From IMG/VR virus record IMGVR_UViG_3300047476_000161, positions 1 to 61,650 of that record: a stretch of DNA of 61,650 nt; one strand, given 5' to 3'. Origin of the DNA: a virus (Duplodnaviria; Caudoviricetes). Position numbers and translations under genes: made by a program. Of this stretch, positions 19,498 through 28,325 are shown in pieces; the stretch's first letter is position 1; each line of letters starts with the position of its first letter. The notes beneath the pieces were generated by a model. It saw only the letters and a program-made list of their open reading frames with translations, did not search any database and was not told the DNA's origin.

Positions 19498-20497
19498 AAT
19501 AATGTTTGCTTGTTATACTCAACTTAATCTTGTTCGATTCTTTGTGTTCGATAATGTTCTTTAATACGAACAACTGCCCGTATACTTCTACTGCCTTAGC
19601 AGTGTCTTTAATCGACTTGTCCCATACAGGATGACTTACGCTCCATCCATAACCAATGGCTGCTTCTTCTAAATCTCTGCCTGCTCGATCCCTGTCTGGA
19701 ATTACTATTACTTCCTTGTGTAGTGCATTTATTACATCTGCTTGATTTTGAGATACACGGTTAGTACCTACACTAATTCCACTAATAGACAAAGCATCGT
19801 ACTCGCCTTCTGTAACTATAACATATTTTCTATCTGCTGTCTGTGCGTCTAGTCCATATATGTAATCACTATCGTGCTTCTTAACAATCTTGCGTGTTTT
19901 CTTGTCAGGCACGTCGCCTGCATATCTGGCGTGCCAACCTTTAATTTCTCCCTTGTATGTTAAAGGAAGTATAGCTCTGTTATATAGCTCAAAGTCCTCA
20001 GAATCTGACCACATCCAATCTGCCAACTCCAGTAGGCTTCTACTGTGCAAATATTGTGCTACATTTAGTGCACGTGGATCAGTTAGGCATTCGACTAGCG
20101 GCCTAGTGTTAGCCGGTAAGCTAGTATACTTCCAATTAGGTACATACGTTTCACGCTTAACTGGAACAGCCGATAACAAGGTGTGCTCTTCATTTTCTTT
20201 AAGAACTGCAATTATTAATCGTTGTAGCTCTGCTTCGGGCATACCAATACCTTGCAGTAACTTTCTAAATCTAGAAGTTAGTGGTGTGCCTAATCTCCAG
20301 CCTGTTTTGTATCCACAGTTAAAGCAACTGTATCTAATGCTAGTGTCGTCAGGAAACTGCATACCACCGCGCTTGCGGGTGTCTGCTCTAGGTTGACCAT
20401 TGTGGAGGCACATAGGACAATTAAAGCTGAACCAGCCGTTGTGTCCTAGTTTCTGTGTGGGCAAATAACTACGTACAATGTCTTGAATAAGACTCAT
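19490..20497 (-). CDS. DNA primase (T4 gp61-like)
   Basis: CPMC/CFNC zinc ribbon, TOPRIM EGEYDA and DRDRAG. Confidence 0.85.
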   Translation of the reverse strand: MSLIQDIVRSYLPTQKLGHNGWFSFNCPMCLHNGQPRADTRKRGGMQFPDDTSIRYSCFNCGYKTGWRLGTPLTSRFRKLLQGIGMPEAELQRLIIAVLKENEEHTLLSAVPVKRETYVPNWKYTSLPANTRPLVECLTDPRALNVAQYLHSRSLLELADWMWSDSEDFELYNRAILPLTYKGEIKGWHARYAGDVPDKKTRKIVKKHDSDYIYGLDAQTADRKYVIVTEGEYDALSISGISVGTNRVSQNQADVINALHKEVIVIPDRDRAGRDLEEAAIGYGWSVSHPVWDKSIKDTAKAVEVYGQLFVLKNIIEHKESNKIKLSITSKHYYE

Positions 20498-20503
20498 ACG
20501 TAT

Positions 20504-20532
20504 ATTTTAGCTTCTGTAGATGATTTTATCAA
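20504..20532 (-). promoter_or_regulatory. Sigma70-type promoter TTGATA-N17-TAAAAT
   Basis: -10 lies 6 nt upstream of the primase ATG. Confidence 0.55.
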
Positions 20533-21277
20533 CATCTCCGCTGTCCGGAGTGTCTGGTTTCCAAGCAAATCTCACCCATTCTACATCGTTGTCAAATGTG
20601 AAGCCGATAGTCTGGGTTTCGTTATTAAAAGAAACCGTCTGTTGACCTGGTTCTAGTTGAATGGTATTCCAAGTAGCACCTGATAAGCTATAGTCGGTAG
20701 TATACTCTGCTTTGATTTGTCCAGTGTAGCCGTGCATCCTGTAGCTAACTGTATGAATACCCGTGTTGCCTGGGCGTGGTTGAAAGTTGTCGGTATAGTA
20801 CCAACCGTCAGCATACATACTAAATCTCATTGTAGAGTTAGCCTGTGTGCTTTCCATAAACATACCTTCTTTAATTTCAATTACTATGTTTACTTCGCCT
20901 GCTAGATTGGTATAGAAATATTCCTCGTCGCCTTCTGGATTTACAATACTAAATGTCATATTGTATAGTCCATCTGGTAAACTATCTAAGTCTCTGTCGT
21001 TTAATTGAACAACAAATACACCCTTGCTGCGGTCCATTATTGTTGCAGGTCCAACTGCAACTGCGCCGAAGTTAAGCTGAACGATTCGCCAGTATACTTC
21101 CTTCTGTGCTAGATTTACCGGCTTGCGGTCGGCATTGTAGGCCTTAACTTGGAACTTGTTAAGTACGCCTCTGTGTAATGTTATTTTTCTTTCATTCATA
21201 GCAGGTGTGTTCTGAGTGGCTCCAAAGCCCCCTAAATTTAGGGTAATTGTAGGGAGAAACGAGTATACTGTTATCAT
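20507..21277 (-). CDS. Probable virion structural protein (beta-rich), 256 aa
   Basis: TAAATA boxes at 21282 and 21305 upstream. Confidence 0.7.
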   Translation of the reverse strand: MITVYSFLPTITLNLGGFGATQNTPAMNERKITLHRGVLNKFQVKAYNADRKPVNLAQKEVYWRIVQLNFGAVAVGPATIMDRSKGVFVVQLNDRDLDSLPDGLYNMTFSIVNPEGDEEYFYTNLAGEVNIVIEIKEGMFMESTQANSTMRFSMYADGWYYTDNFQPRPGNTGIHTVSYRMHGYTGQIKAEYTTDYSLSGATWNTIQLEPGQQTVSFNNETQTIGFTFDNDVEWVRFAWKPDTPDSGDVDKIIYRS

Positions 21278-21281
21278 AAAT

Positions 21282-21320
21282 TATTTACCAATTGGATGCT
21301 GTTTTATTTATCGCTAAATA
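21282..21320. promoter_or_regulatory. Divergent late promoters (TAAATA on - at 21282 and 21305; on + at 21315)
   Basis: Core of the T4 late TATAAATA box; orientation matches the divergent flanking genes. Confidence 0.65.
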
Positions 21321-21341
21321 GTTTGCGATAGATTAAGAACA

Positions 21342-21710
21342 ATGACAACACCCCAAGAATTATTAGATAGATTCCCATTTTTGAGCCTATGCAGATGCGG
21401 AACTGAAGAATACATAGGAATTATACAGAATTATGACACTGGCGTAGTTGCTATGTACGTCTACAACCATCTGAATTGCATAGAAGATAAGGAACTGTTC
21501 TTGGAACTAGGTGATGAATGGTGGTGGGATAGTAATAGAATGTTGCCAATTAATCTAATCATAGGGGACAGGTTCAAGCCCCTAAGTTATTGTCTATCTA
21601 CTTTTAACGCAAAAAACTTTACTCTTGTAAGTGGTCCGAGTGTGAGCTTAAATAACATCATAACTAAACGCATCAAGCGTAGACAAATACAACTAGTAAG
21701 GAAAATATAA
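21342..21710 (+). CDS. Hypothetical protein, 122 aa
   Basis: FPFLS...YIGIIQN...WWWDSNRMLPI; basic C-terminus; TAATG-coupled to the next gene. Confidence 0.75.
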   Translation: MTTPQELLDRFPFLSLCRCGTEEYIGIIQNYDTGVVAMYVYNHLNCIEDKELFLELGDEWWWDSNRMLPINLIIGDRFKPLSYCLSTFNAKNFTLVSGPSVSLNNIITKRIKRRQIQLVRKI

Positions 21711-22045
21711 TGGACTATCCCGTAACACTAACTTCTGCTGCTGTTGAAAAGATTAGAGATCTTATGGCAGAAGAGAACAGAGAGAATATCAAGATGCGTA
21801 TCTACGTCCAGGGCGGCGGATGTGCCGGATTCGAGTACGGTTTTGCCTGGGATACGGAGTTTGCAGAAGACGACTTCCAAATGAATTATGACGGAGTCGG
21901 TGTAGTGATTGATGCAATGTCAATGCAATACTTGCAAGGTATCAAAGTAGACTGGGTAGAAAGCCTAATGGGTGCTAGCTTCGAAATTGACAATCCGAAT
22001 GCTAACACCAGTTGCGGTTGCGGGTCTAGTTTTAACCCATTTTAA
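21710..22045 (+). CDS. erpA: A-type Fe-S cluster carrier (ErpA/IscA/HesB family)
   Basis: GGGCAGFEYGF and NPNA..SCGCGSSF with the three conserved Cys. Confidence 0.9.
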   Translation: MDYPVTLTSAAVEKIRDLMAEENRENIKMRIYVQGGGCAGFEYGFAWDTEFAEDDFQMNYDGVGVVIDAMSMQYLQGIKVDWVESLMGASFEIDNPNANTSCGCGSSFNPF

Positions 22046-22601
22046 TTAAATTCATCTGAACTATAATAGCCATAGCATACCCTAAGCTATGGCTTTTCTT
22101 AAAGTAATACGTTCCGTCAGCAGGTTTTTGCCAAATCTGCTTTTCAATTTCATCCCAAGACAAATGCTCTAAGTGCCGCTTGCCCGGACGAATCAATGCC
22201 AGCAACATAGCCAGTTCATTAATGTTACGTGGTGCTTTGCGTACAGTAATGTCAACGTGGTTACCAAGATGGAACAACTTAGACACAACTTCCGGATCTT
22301 TAAGCATTGACCAATCTGGCTCAATGCTGCATAACTTGTCTAGATGTTCCGGATCTTTAACTTGCTTGTATAGGCTAACGTTTAGAACGTCAATCTTAAA
22401 GTAGCCCAATTCTTCTGCTTCTTTAAAGTCGACGCTAGCTAGCTTAGTTAATGGATTAGATGGCATCTCGTGAAAGTAAACACCTGTATTGTGTTTGCGT
22501 TCTTTGCCATTGTCTCGTTGCATAGCAGGCACGTGGTTAATTAACCCTAATAGCTTGTCGCGGTCTGCAACGTCAATGTCAATGTCAGTTCTGATTTTCA
22601 T
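22032..22601 (-). CDS. Miniature DNA polymerase III alpha (DnaE)-like protein, 189 aa
   Basis: DIDID, KHNTGV, GYFKIDVL, LALIRPG and FKKSHSLGYA, collinear with DnaE palm/finger motifs. Confidence 0.75.
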   Translation of the reverse strand: MKIRTDIDIDVADRDKLLGLINHVPAMQRDNGKERKHNTGVYFHEMPSNPLTKLASVDFKEAEELGYFKIDVLNVSLYKQVKDPEHLDKLCSIEPDWSMLKDPEVVSKLFHLGNHVDITVRKAPRNINELAMLLALIRPGKRHLEHLSWDEIEKQIWQKPADGTYYFKKSHSLGYAMAIIVQMNLIKMG

Positions 22602-22993
22602 AGTGAGAGCATAATTTCAAAAGCACGTTCTTTATCGGGAAACTCAATGTTAATTTTACCTGCTTCCTTTATACTAGGATAGTAAGTCAATCGTGTTTCC
22701 TTGCTTATATTATACAGTTTAAAATACTGTTTGTCACTGATTGTAATTTTAGCTTGCGCCAACCAGCCACGGGGACTTTCAGAATCTAAAGTTACTAGTC
22801 TAGGATTTCTGCGATTTAAGCTAATCATTGAATGGTAGCAGTCGCTTGCCCTGCTACCTGTTATTAGTATTGCAATGGTAGGATGAACAATAACTCCGCA
22901 ATTAGGATTGAACCAAACGTGTTTTGAGCTTAGATTGTTCCTGTATAAAAATTCCGAGTACGTGTCATACGAGTCAGTTATCAAATAATACAT
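22598..22993 (-). CDS. Hypothetical protein
   Basis: Overlap-coupled on both sides within the uvsW operon. Confidence 0.65.
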   Translation of the reverse strand: MYYLITDSYDTYSEFLYRNNLSSKHVWFNPNCGVIVHPTIAILITGSRASDCYHSMISLNRRNPRLVTLDSESPRGWLAQAKITISDKQYFKLYNISKETRLTYYPSIKEAGKINIEFPDKERAFEIMLSL

Positions 22994-22995
22994 CA

Positions 22996-23238
22996 CTACT
23001 TAATGGATTTAACTTTTTGCATTAAGTAGTTCCTTGTCTCTTTAAGATTGCTGACTTGAACTTCTAACGCTTTTATTCTTTTCTCTAGAGCAGCTACATA
23101 GTCTACATTTACTAGCACAACCCGAGTGCCATCAACAATAAGCTCTTTAGCAAGTGCATCAATTTGACGTAGTTCGGCCTTAGCTTCAACTACTGTTTCC
23201 TTTGGCTTAGATGACGATGGTTGGTTATACTGGTTCAT
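22996..23238 (-). CDS. Small coiled-coil protein, 80 aa
   Basis: Heptad pattern YVAALEKRIKALEVQVSNLKE. Confidence 0.65.
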   Translation of the reverse strand: MNQYNQPSSSKPKETVVEAKAELRQIDALAKELIVDGTRVVLVNVDYVAALEKRIKALEVQVSNLKETRNYLMQKVKSIK

Positions 23239-23917
23239 ATGTTTTTATTCCTGCTGAATTGAATACACCTTGTACCCAAGCAGAATCTTCTCGTTGTCTT
23301 GCAACTTTAAATTGCCAGTACTTGGGTTCAATGTACTCGACAATTAACTCTAGTTGCTCCTCGTTAAATCTGTTAACAAGGGCTTGGCCTGCATCTGTAG
23401 CAAACAACACCCACGGGCTTATTCTGCCAGTTCTAATCCAATGCACGGCTTGATTGGTATTTACACGCACAAAGAAGTCTGTCCAGTTTTCTTGCTCTCG
23501 TTCGCTCCACGTTTTCATTAGCAAAACACTGCGTTCGACTGCTCTATCAACAGACTCTTTTTTACTAACTTCTCGTATCCACGCTTCGTATACCCATATC
23601 TTAGTCCAATCGTCTAGCTTAACGCTGTTACGAATAACAAAGTCCACAAAGTCATCTACACTGTGCGGGTTTAAGTCGATAACGTGTCTTGCAAATTTAA
23701 CAAAGCCTGTATAGACATTGCTGTTAACAAAATCCTCGTAAGTCTTTTCCTTACGAGCGTTGGGTGTGCAATACTTTAAGAACTTACGCCATACGTTGAA
23801 CGCTAGCCTATTAGGCTTGTCGTGTTCGGCCATCATCCTGCGCTTTTTCTCACAGGCGTGACTCAATAGTGTAGATTCTTTTACAAAAGTCTTTTTGCAA
23901 TACTTACACTGATGCAT
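23225..23917 (-). CDS. Zinc-finger-containing hypothetical protein
   Basis: N-terminal CKYC...HAC; TGATG overlap. Confidence 0.75.
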   Translation of the reverse strand: MHQCKYCKKTFVKESTLLSHACEKKRRMMAEHDKPNRLAFNVWRKFLKYCTPNARKEKTYEDFVNSNVYTGFVKFARHVIDLNPHSVDDFVDFVIRNSVKLDDWTKIWVYEAWIREVSKKESVDRAVERSVLLMKTWSEREQENWTDFFVRVNTNQAVHWIRTGRISPWVLFATDAGQALVNRFNEEQLELIVEYIEPKYWQFKVARQREDSAWVQGVFNSAGIKTYEPV

Positions 23918-24387
23918 CAGGAAAACAGTTCTTTAATTTCTTTTTTATCTAGGCCAGATTGCTCTGCTAGGTCTTTAATTGCATCTTCTGAGTTGACTTG
24001 GATGAATAGCTCAATCTCGTCGTCTCGCAGGTGCGGATACTTTTTACTTAGCCACTTGGCTAATTTATTCTGAGCTTGTTTTTTAGGAGGCTTAATAAAA
24101 GGATGCAGTTGCTTTTTGCCAATGCCCGCTAGTTGTAGCGTCATCCAATGTAACTCGTTATGCTTGCTACCTAGTGCACTAAAGTTCTTATTACAGAACT
24201 CGTTTACAGTTAGCAAATAGTGTTCTTGTATGTAGTCAGGGCCGTCTACACTGCTAGCAAAGCGCATAGCTACCCAAGGACTAAACTCTTTTTGTTGTTC
24301 TTCGTCTAATGAATTATACCACTGCGCCTGTCTACGGTCCAGTGCCAATAACATATCAGGTAATTGTATTTTGCGCTCTGCTGCCAT
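23917..24387 (-). CDS. Putative clamp-loader small subunit (T4 gp62-like)
   Basis: FSPWVAMRFAS, LLTVNE and KKQLHPFIK resemble gp62-family patterns. Confidence 0.5.
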   Translation of the reverse strand: MAAERKIQLPDMLLALDRRQAQWYNSLDEEQQKEFSPWVAMRFASSVDGPDYIQEHYLLTVNEFCNKNFSALGSKHNELHWMTLQLAGIGKKQLHPFIKPPKKQAQNKLAKWLSKKYPHLRDDEIELFIQVNSEDAIKDLAEQSGLDKKEIKELFS

Positions 24388-24388
24388 A

Positions 24389-24889
24389 TTAAACCATATT
24401 GTGTAGTGCTAGTACGTCGGGGACTTTTTGTGTTTCTTTAACAAAGTATGCACAAGGAGGATCTTCGCCATCAGTTAAAGGTACTGCAAGTATATGCCCA
24501 AATTTTAATTTAGGGAAATACCACTTAACTTCTGTGTAGACATTAACTAGTTCTAAAGGCTCGAAGTGTGGCTTAAATCCTGTAATAGGATTAAACACAA
24601 ACGCTTTAAAGCCCCTGTCGTTAATTGTCATCAGAGATACAATTTCCGGCTCGCCAAAGTCGGGTTCTCCTATGATCACACTCCAATCCAAAGGCATTTG
24701 GATTAGCTTGCCTCCGATTTTAATCACTGCCGCTGGTGCATTAAAACTTTCCATAAAGACCATCGGAACAAAGTGATAGTCTACGTTGTTAGTATTGCTG
24801 TAGTCAAGTACAGCATACCTTAAATCGTCGACTTCTTCAGGCATATCGTTCATATCGAATGCCACGTTATCGGTTGTTAGTATTTTCAT
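24389..24889 (-). CDS. Hypothetical beta-rich protein, 166 aa
   Basis: Tightly packed in the uvsW operon. Confidence 0.75.
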   Translation of the reverse strand: MKILTTDNVAFDMNDMPEEVDDLRYAVLDYSNTNNVDYHFVPMVFMESFNAPAAVIKIGGKLIQMPLDWSVIIGEPDFGEPEIVSLMTINDRGFKAFVFNPITGFKPHFEPLELVNVYTEVKWYFPKLKFGHILAVPLTDGEDPPCAYFVKETQKVPDVLALHNMV

Positions 24890-25471
24890 TTAACTATTAT
24901 AATGTCTATTGTCGGATAATTCAAGTACCAAAGAGGCAAATAAATCGCTTCCTGTCTCTACGTTTGTTTTCCAGGATTCTGCACTGTCTCCGTTAGCGTG
25001 ATCCGATACGTGTTTGTATATACGCCAAGGTATGCCGTGTATGTTAGCAGCCCTTGCTATTGCATAACCTTCCATATCGACTAAATCGCAATGGTCAACA
25101 AGCCAGGGGTCTGTATCTGTAACAAAACTGTCTCCTGTGCCTAGTCTTAGTCCAGGTCTAGAGTTAGTCAGGTACAATGAAGTATCTTTACTAAACGGTG
25201 TAATGCCACGAGGTCCTAAGTCTGCAGGTAACATATCACGTTGACAAACTTTGGTTACTTCTTTAAATCCAGTTGCCCCGCTAATTGATCCAGCTGTTCC
25301 ATAGTTAACAATCATATCCGGGCTATAGAACCTAATAGCAGTTAATGTTGTTAATGCCGCATTAACTTTGCCTACCCCCGAATACACTATGTCAACACCT
25401 GCTTGCGTTAACAGTTGATTTGCTTGACCACTGAGCTCTTGCTCTAGTGCTACTACTACTAAAACTTTCAT
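24890..25471 (-). CDS. MTA/SAH nucleosidase-like purine nucleosidase
   Basis: GVGKVNAA, NYGTAG, GTGDSFV, DMEGYAIA and VSD motifs; ATGA overlap. Confidence 0.85.
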   Translation of the reverse strand: MKVLVVVALEQELSGQANQLLTQAGVDIVYSGVGKVNAALTTLTAIRFYSPDMIVNYGTAGSISGATGFKEVTKVCQRDMLPADLGPRGITPFSKDTSLYLTNSRPGLRLGTGDSFVTDTDPWLVDHCDLVDMEGYAIARAANIHGIPWRIYKHVSDHANGDSAESWKTNVETGSDLFASLVLELSDNRHYNS

Positions 25472-26922
25472 TTCCACTTTAACTTATTAATGGTGTAAGG
25501 ATACTTGGCATCTTGATAATACTTCTTCCTTACAGTAAGATGTTTCTTACTAAACTTTGCGTTGGATGTAATATCCCAAATTTGCACACTGTCTTTGTCT
25601 TGTGCTTTTCTTATACCGCGTCCAATACTTTGGATAACACGGACAAAACTTTTCCCGGGTTCCACAAGCACCAGATTAAAAATACGAGGGATGTTAATGC
25701 CCACAGCAGCAACACCATAGGTAGCCACAATAACCTTCCCATCAGCCGACGCAACGTCGTCATATTCATCCTTTCTGTCTTTTGATTTCATCGAACCACT
25801 GATAAACACACTACCGGGGATAGCTTCACAAATCATCTCGCCACTCTTAACCCTATCCACTAGAATAAGTGTATTACCTGACTCGGCAATACGGTTAAAC
25901 ATAGTAACAAGATAATTGATACGCTTCTGGTTAGTTGTTAGATAAGTTAGTTCTTCTTGATATGTCTTGTACTCTACATCATCTGCTAACTGCACAATGT
26001 TTACATCGCAGCTAGCTAGAACGCCTGCTTCTTGTAGTTCATTGGCGGTTAGCTTGTTAACTACATTGCCGAGAGTGGCAAAGATGCCGACTTGTTCATA
26101 TTCTTCTTTAGGGATAGTACCTGTCAGCCCCCAGCGAATAGGTACATTTGCAAATGGGCCGCTTAGTAGCTTTTGCAATACATCTGCCTTGGCTTGATGT
26201 ACTTCGTCTACAATGACTGCCACCATACCTTGTCCAAACTCTTGTAAGCTAAGGTCGCTATCACCTTCTTTAAAACGCTTTTCCATACTGTTTAGGCTTT
26301 GCCAAGTACAAATGGTATGTGTTTTGCCTACTTCCTTTTTGTCTCCGAAATACACACCTACGTCTAGGCCTAAGTTGTGGTAGTCTTCGTATGTTTGACG
26401 TACTAGGTCCTTGTTAGGGACAATAACAATACTGCGACCGTAGGGTTCTACTAGCCTGCTAAGTGTAGCAGTCATAATAGTCTTGCCTGCGCCCGTCGAT
26501 ATTTCCTGTACGCACTGCGGATTTGCAATAAATTCATTTACTGCGGTTACCTGATAATCACGCAATAAGATAGGCTCGCCTTCCTTGGGATGACCTTTTG
26601 GCCACACTGCACCCTCGTGGAAGGTTTCTGTTACTACAGGGAATTGAAAGTCGTGATGCTGACGTTCATCTTTAACTTCTACAGTGTAGCCTGCATCTAT
26701 AATGTCCGGTAGTAGCCTATCTAACAAGTTGAGATAAGTCCTGCCTCCTATAGTGCAGTAGCTAACGCACCCGTCCCATCGACCTAACTTATAAGCAGGG
26801 GTGTGATATGCGTGTGGTTGGAAAAATTTAAGTTTCTTTTCAAGTGTGCGTCTGACCCCAATGTCGAGATTTTTAAGGTGGACGTTCACTTCGTCTTCAA
26901 TATGTATCGTACAAGTGTTCAT
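25468..26922 (-). CDS. uvsW: UvsW-like SF2 DNA helicase
   Basis: LRDYQ, TGAGKT, DEVH, GLTGT and QSIGRGIR motifs. Confidence 0.9.
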   Translation of the reverse strand: MNTCTIHIEDEVNVHLKNLDIGVRRTLEKKLKFFQPHAYHTPAYKLGRWDGCVSYCTIGGRTYLNLLDRLLPDIIDAGYTVEVKDERQHHDFQFPVVTETFHEGAVWPKGHPKEGEPILLRDYQVTAVNEFIANPQCVQEISTGAGKTIMTATLSRLVEPYGRSIVIVPNKDLVRQTYEDYHNLGLDVGVYFGDKKEVGKTHTICTWQSLNSMEKRFKEGDSDLSLQEFGQGMVAVIVDEVHQAKADVLQKLLSGPFANVPIRWGLTGTIPKEEYEQVGIFATLGNVVNKLTANELQEAGVLASCDVNIVQLADDVEYKTYQEELTYLTTNQKRINYLVTMFNRIAESGNTLILVDRVKSGEMICEAIPGSVFISGSMKSKDRKDEYDDVASADGKVIVATYGVAAVGINIPRIFNLVLVEPGKSFVRVIQSIGRGIRKAQDKDSVQIWDITSNAKFSKKHLTVRKKYYQDAKYPYTINKLKWK

Positions 26923-26928
26923 ACATAT

Positions 26929-26958
26929 AGTTTACACTAACGCAGAACACAAAGTCAA
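26929..26958 (-). promoter_or_regulatory. Sigma70-type promoter TTGACT-N18-TAAACT
   Basis: -10 lies 6 nt upstream of the uvsW ATG; -35 abuts the terminator T run. Confidence 0.55.
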
Positions 26959-26985
26959 AAAAATAGCTACCATAGGTAGCTATTT
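26957..26985 (-). terminator. Rho-independent terminator
   Basis: atagctacc/ggtagctat stem with an A run (T run on -). Confidence 0.8.
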
Positions 26986-27000
26986 AAGGAGCAAGCAATT

Positions 27001-28059
27001 TTAGCCGCGTTTCATAACAGTGGTCTCTGCCAAACGCTTCCAGCCATTGGGCTTCATTTTAACAAGGTCGGCTACCTTGAGCACAGTACGCAGACTAACT
27101 TCACGCAGGCGGGCGGCATTGTCAATAACAAAGTCCATAACTTCTTTCTTCTGCTCGTCGCTGAACTCGTATTTGTCAAGCATACCGTCCTTGACAATCT
27201 GCTTAATACGAATGAACTTGTCGCGGGTAGTGTCCATAGTCAAGTCCAAATAGTGGCAACGGCTTTCCAATGCGCCCAGGTGATCGCGGAGCTTGGCACT
27301 GCGGATGTGTTCAAACTTAAGGTTAGTAATGAACACTACGCTACCTTTAAAGTCAAAGCGATCTGGCACACCTTCACGGCGCAGAACAGAGCTGTCGGTG
27401 TTCCAGCTGATAGTACGCTTGTCGGAACTATCTAGTGCAGCCTTAAGAATGTTCAACGAAACATCGTCAAGCAAAATGCTGTCGCAGTCGTCAAACACCA
27501 GCACACTGTTAGTATCGCTGTACTTATACAGTTGCACGTACAGGCCGATGGCACTCATTGCACCTTTAATAACTTCGTAACGCACCTTGCGCTGGCCGAT
27601 GCGGTCAAAGAAGCTAGCTTGCTCTAGCACTTTCTCAACGCCGAAGCTCTTACCAACGCCGGGAGGGCCGCTAACAATCATTGCCTTAACAGTGCCTTCA
27701 CGTGCACCTTCAGTCATTTCTTCCAGAATCTGGAAACGTTCGCGAATACGCTCAATGGCTTCTTCTTCAGTTTCCTCAGGGACACTTGCAACAGGAGTAT
27801 CCAAATCCACTACAGTACCTTTCTTGTATGCCTCAATGTCACGGTCGGACATATCTTCAATGGTAGAGCCAGTAACTTCGATGTCACTGAACTTTACCTT
27901 AATCTTAACTTCGTCAGGGCAACCAGGAAACATACCGTCATTGCGGACCTTAACAAAGCCGCCCTTGGCGCCTTCGGTATAGCCTTGCACAAGACGCAGA
28001 GTCTTGTTAGCAACTTTGAAATTACGGTACTCACCTTGACGAATAGTAACTTGAGCCAT
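27001..28059 (-). CDS. AAA+ family ATPase
   Basis: GPPGVGKS, VFDDCD, FITN and ALESR motifs. Confidence 0.85.
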   Translation of the reverse strand: MAQVTIRQGEYRNFKVANKTLRLVQGYTEGAKGGFVKVRNDGMFPGCPDEVKIKVKFSDIEVTGSTIEDMSDRDIEAYKKGTVVDLDTPVASVPEETEEEAIERIRERFQILEEMTEGAREGTVKAMIVSGPPGVGKSFGVEKVLEQASFFDRIGQRKVRYEVIKGAMSAIGLYVQLYKYSDTNSVLVFDDCDSILLDDVSLNILKAALDSSDKRTISWNTDSSVLRREGVPDRFDFKGSVVFITNLKFEHIRSAKLRDHLGALESRCHYLDLTMDTTRDKFIRIKQIVKDGMLDKYEFSDEQKKEVMDFVIDNAARLREVSLRTVLKVADLVKMKPNGWKRLAETTVMKRG

Positions 28060-28092
28060 TTAGTTTCCTTTGTTGTTTAACGCAATACAAGT

Positions 28093-28121
28093 ATTATAGT
28101 GCCAAACGAATTTCTCGTCAA
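28093..28121 (-). promoter_or_regulatory. Sigma70-type early promoter TTGACG-N17-TATAAT
   Basis: Near-consensus; sister of 1555-1583 including the flank caatacaagt. Confidence 0.8.
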
Positions 28122-28122
28122 A

Positions 28123-28257
28123 TCACTTGCACTCTTGCTCGAGTGCTTCGAGCAAAAAATGTGTATACTTTTGTATAAAGATGGCAAACCACATACTATT
28201 GAGTACGTCCTCGGGGCAACCGGCACGTTCGCAAAGTTGTTTCAGTTCTTCGTTCAA
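28123..28257 (-). CDS. Small 44-aa ORF not in the ORF track (MNEELKQLCERAGCPEDVLNSMWF...)
   Basis: Hand-translated; TTG start with CAGGA SD, sitting between two early promoters. Confidence 0.6.
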   Translation of the reverse strand: MNEELKQLCERAGCPEDVLNSMWFAIFIQKYTHFLLEALEQECK

Positions 28258-28289
28258 TTTTGTATCCTGTTTTGTTAACCTATGCCATA

Positions 28290-28318
28290 ATTATAGCAGG
28301 TTCGGATTTATTGGTCAA
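28290..28318 (-). promoter_or_regulatory. Repeated early promoter TTGACC-N17-TATAAT
   Basis: Shares the AATAAATCC spacer core with the 2207/46919/47208 copies. Confidence 0.8.
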
Positions 28319-28325
28319 ATTTTGG

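Noticed and set aside
22032-22601. Interpretation of mini-DnaE as a pseudogene fragment
   Set aside because: No frameshift or flanking dnaE remnants; motifs are kept across clean internal deletions and the start is translationally coupled
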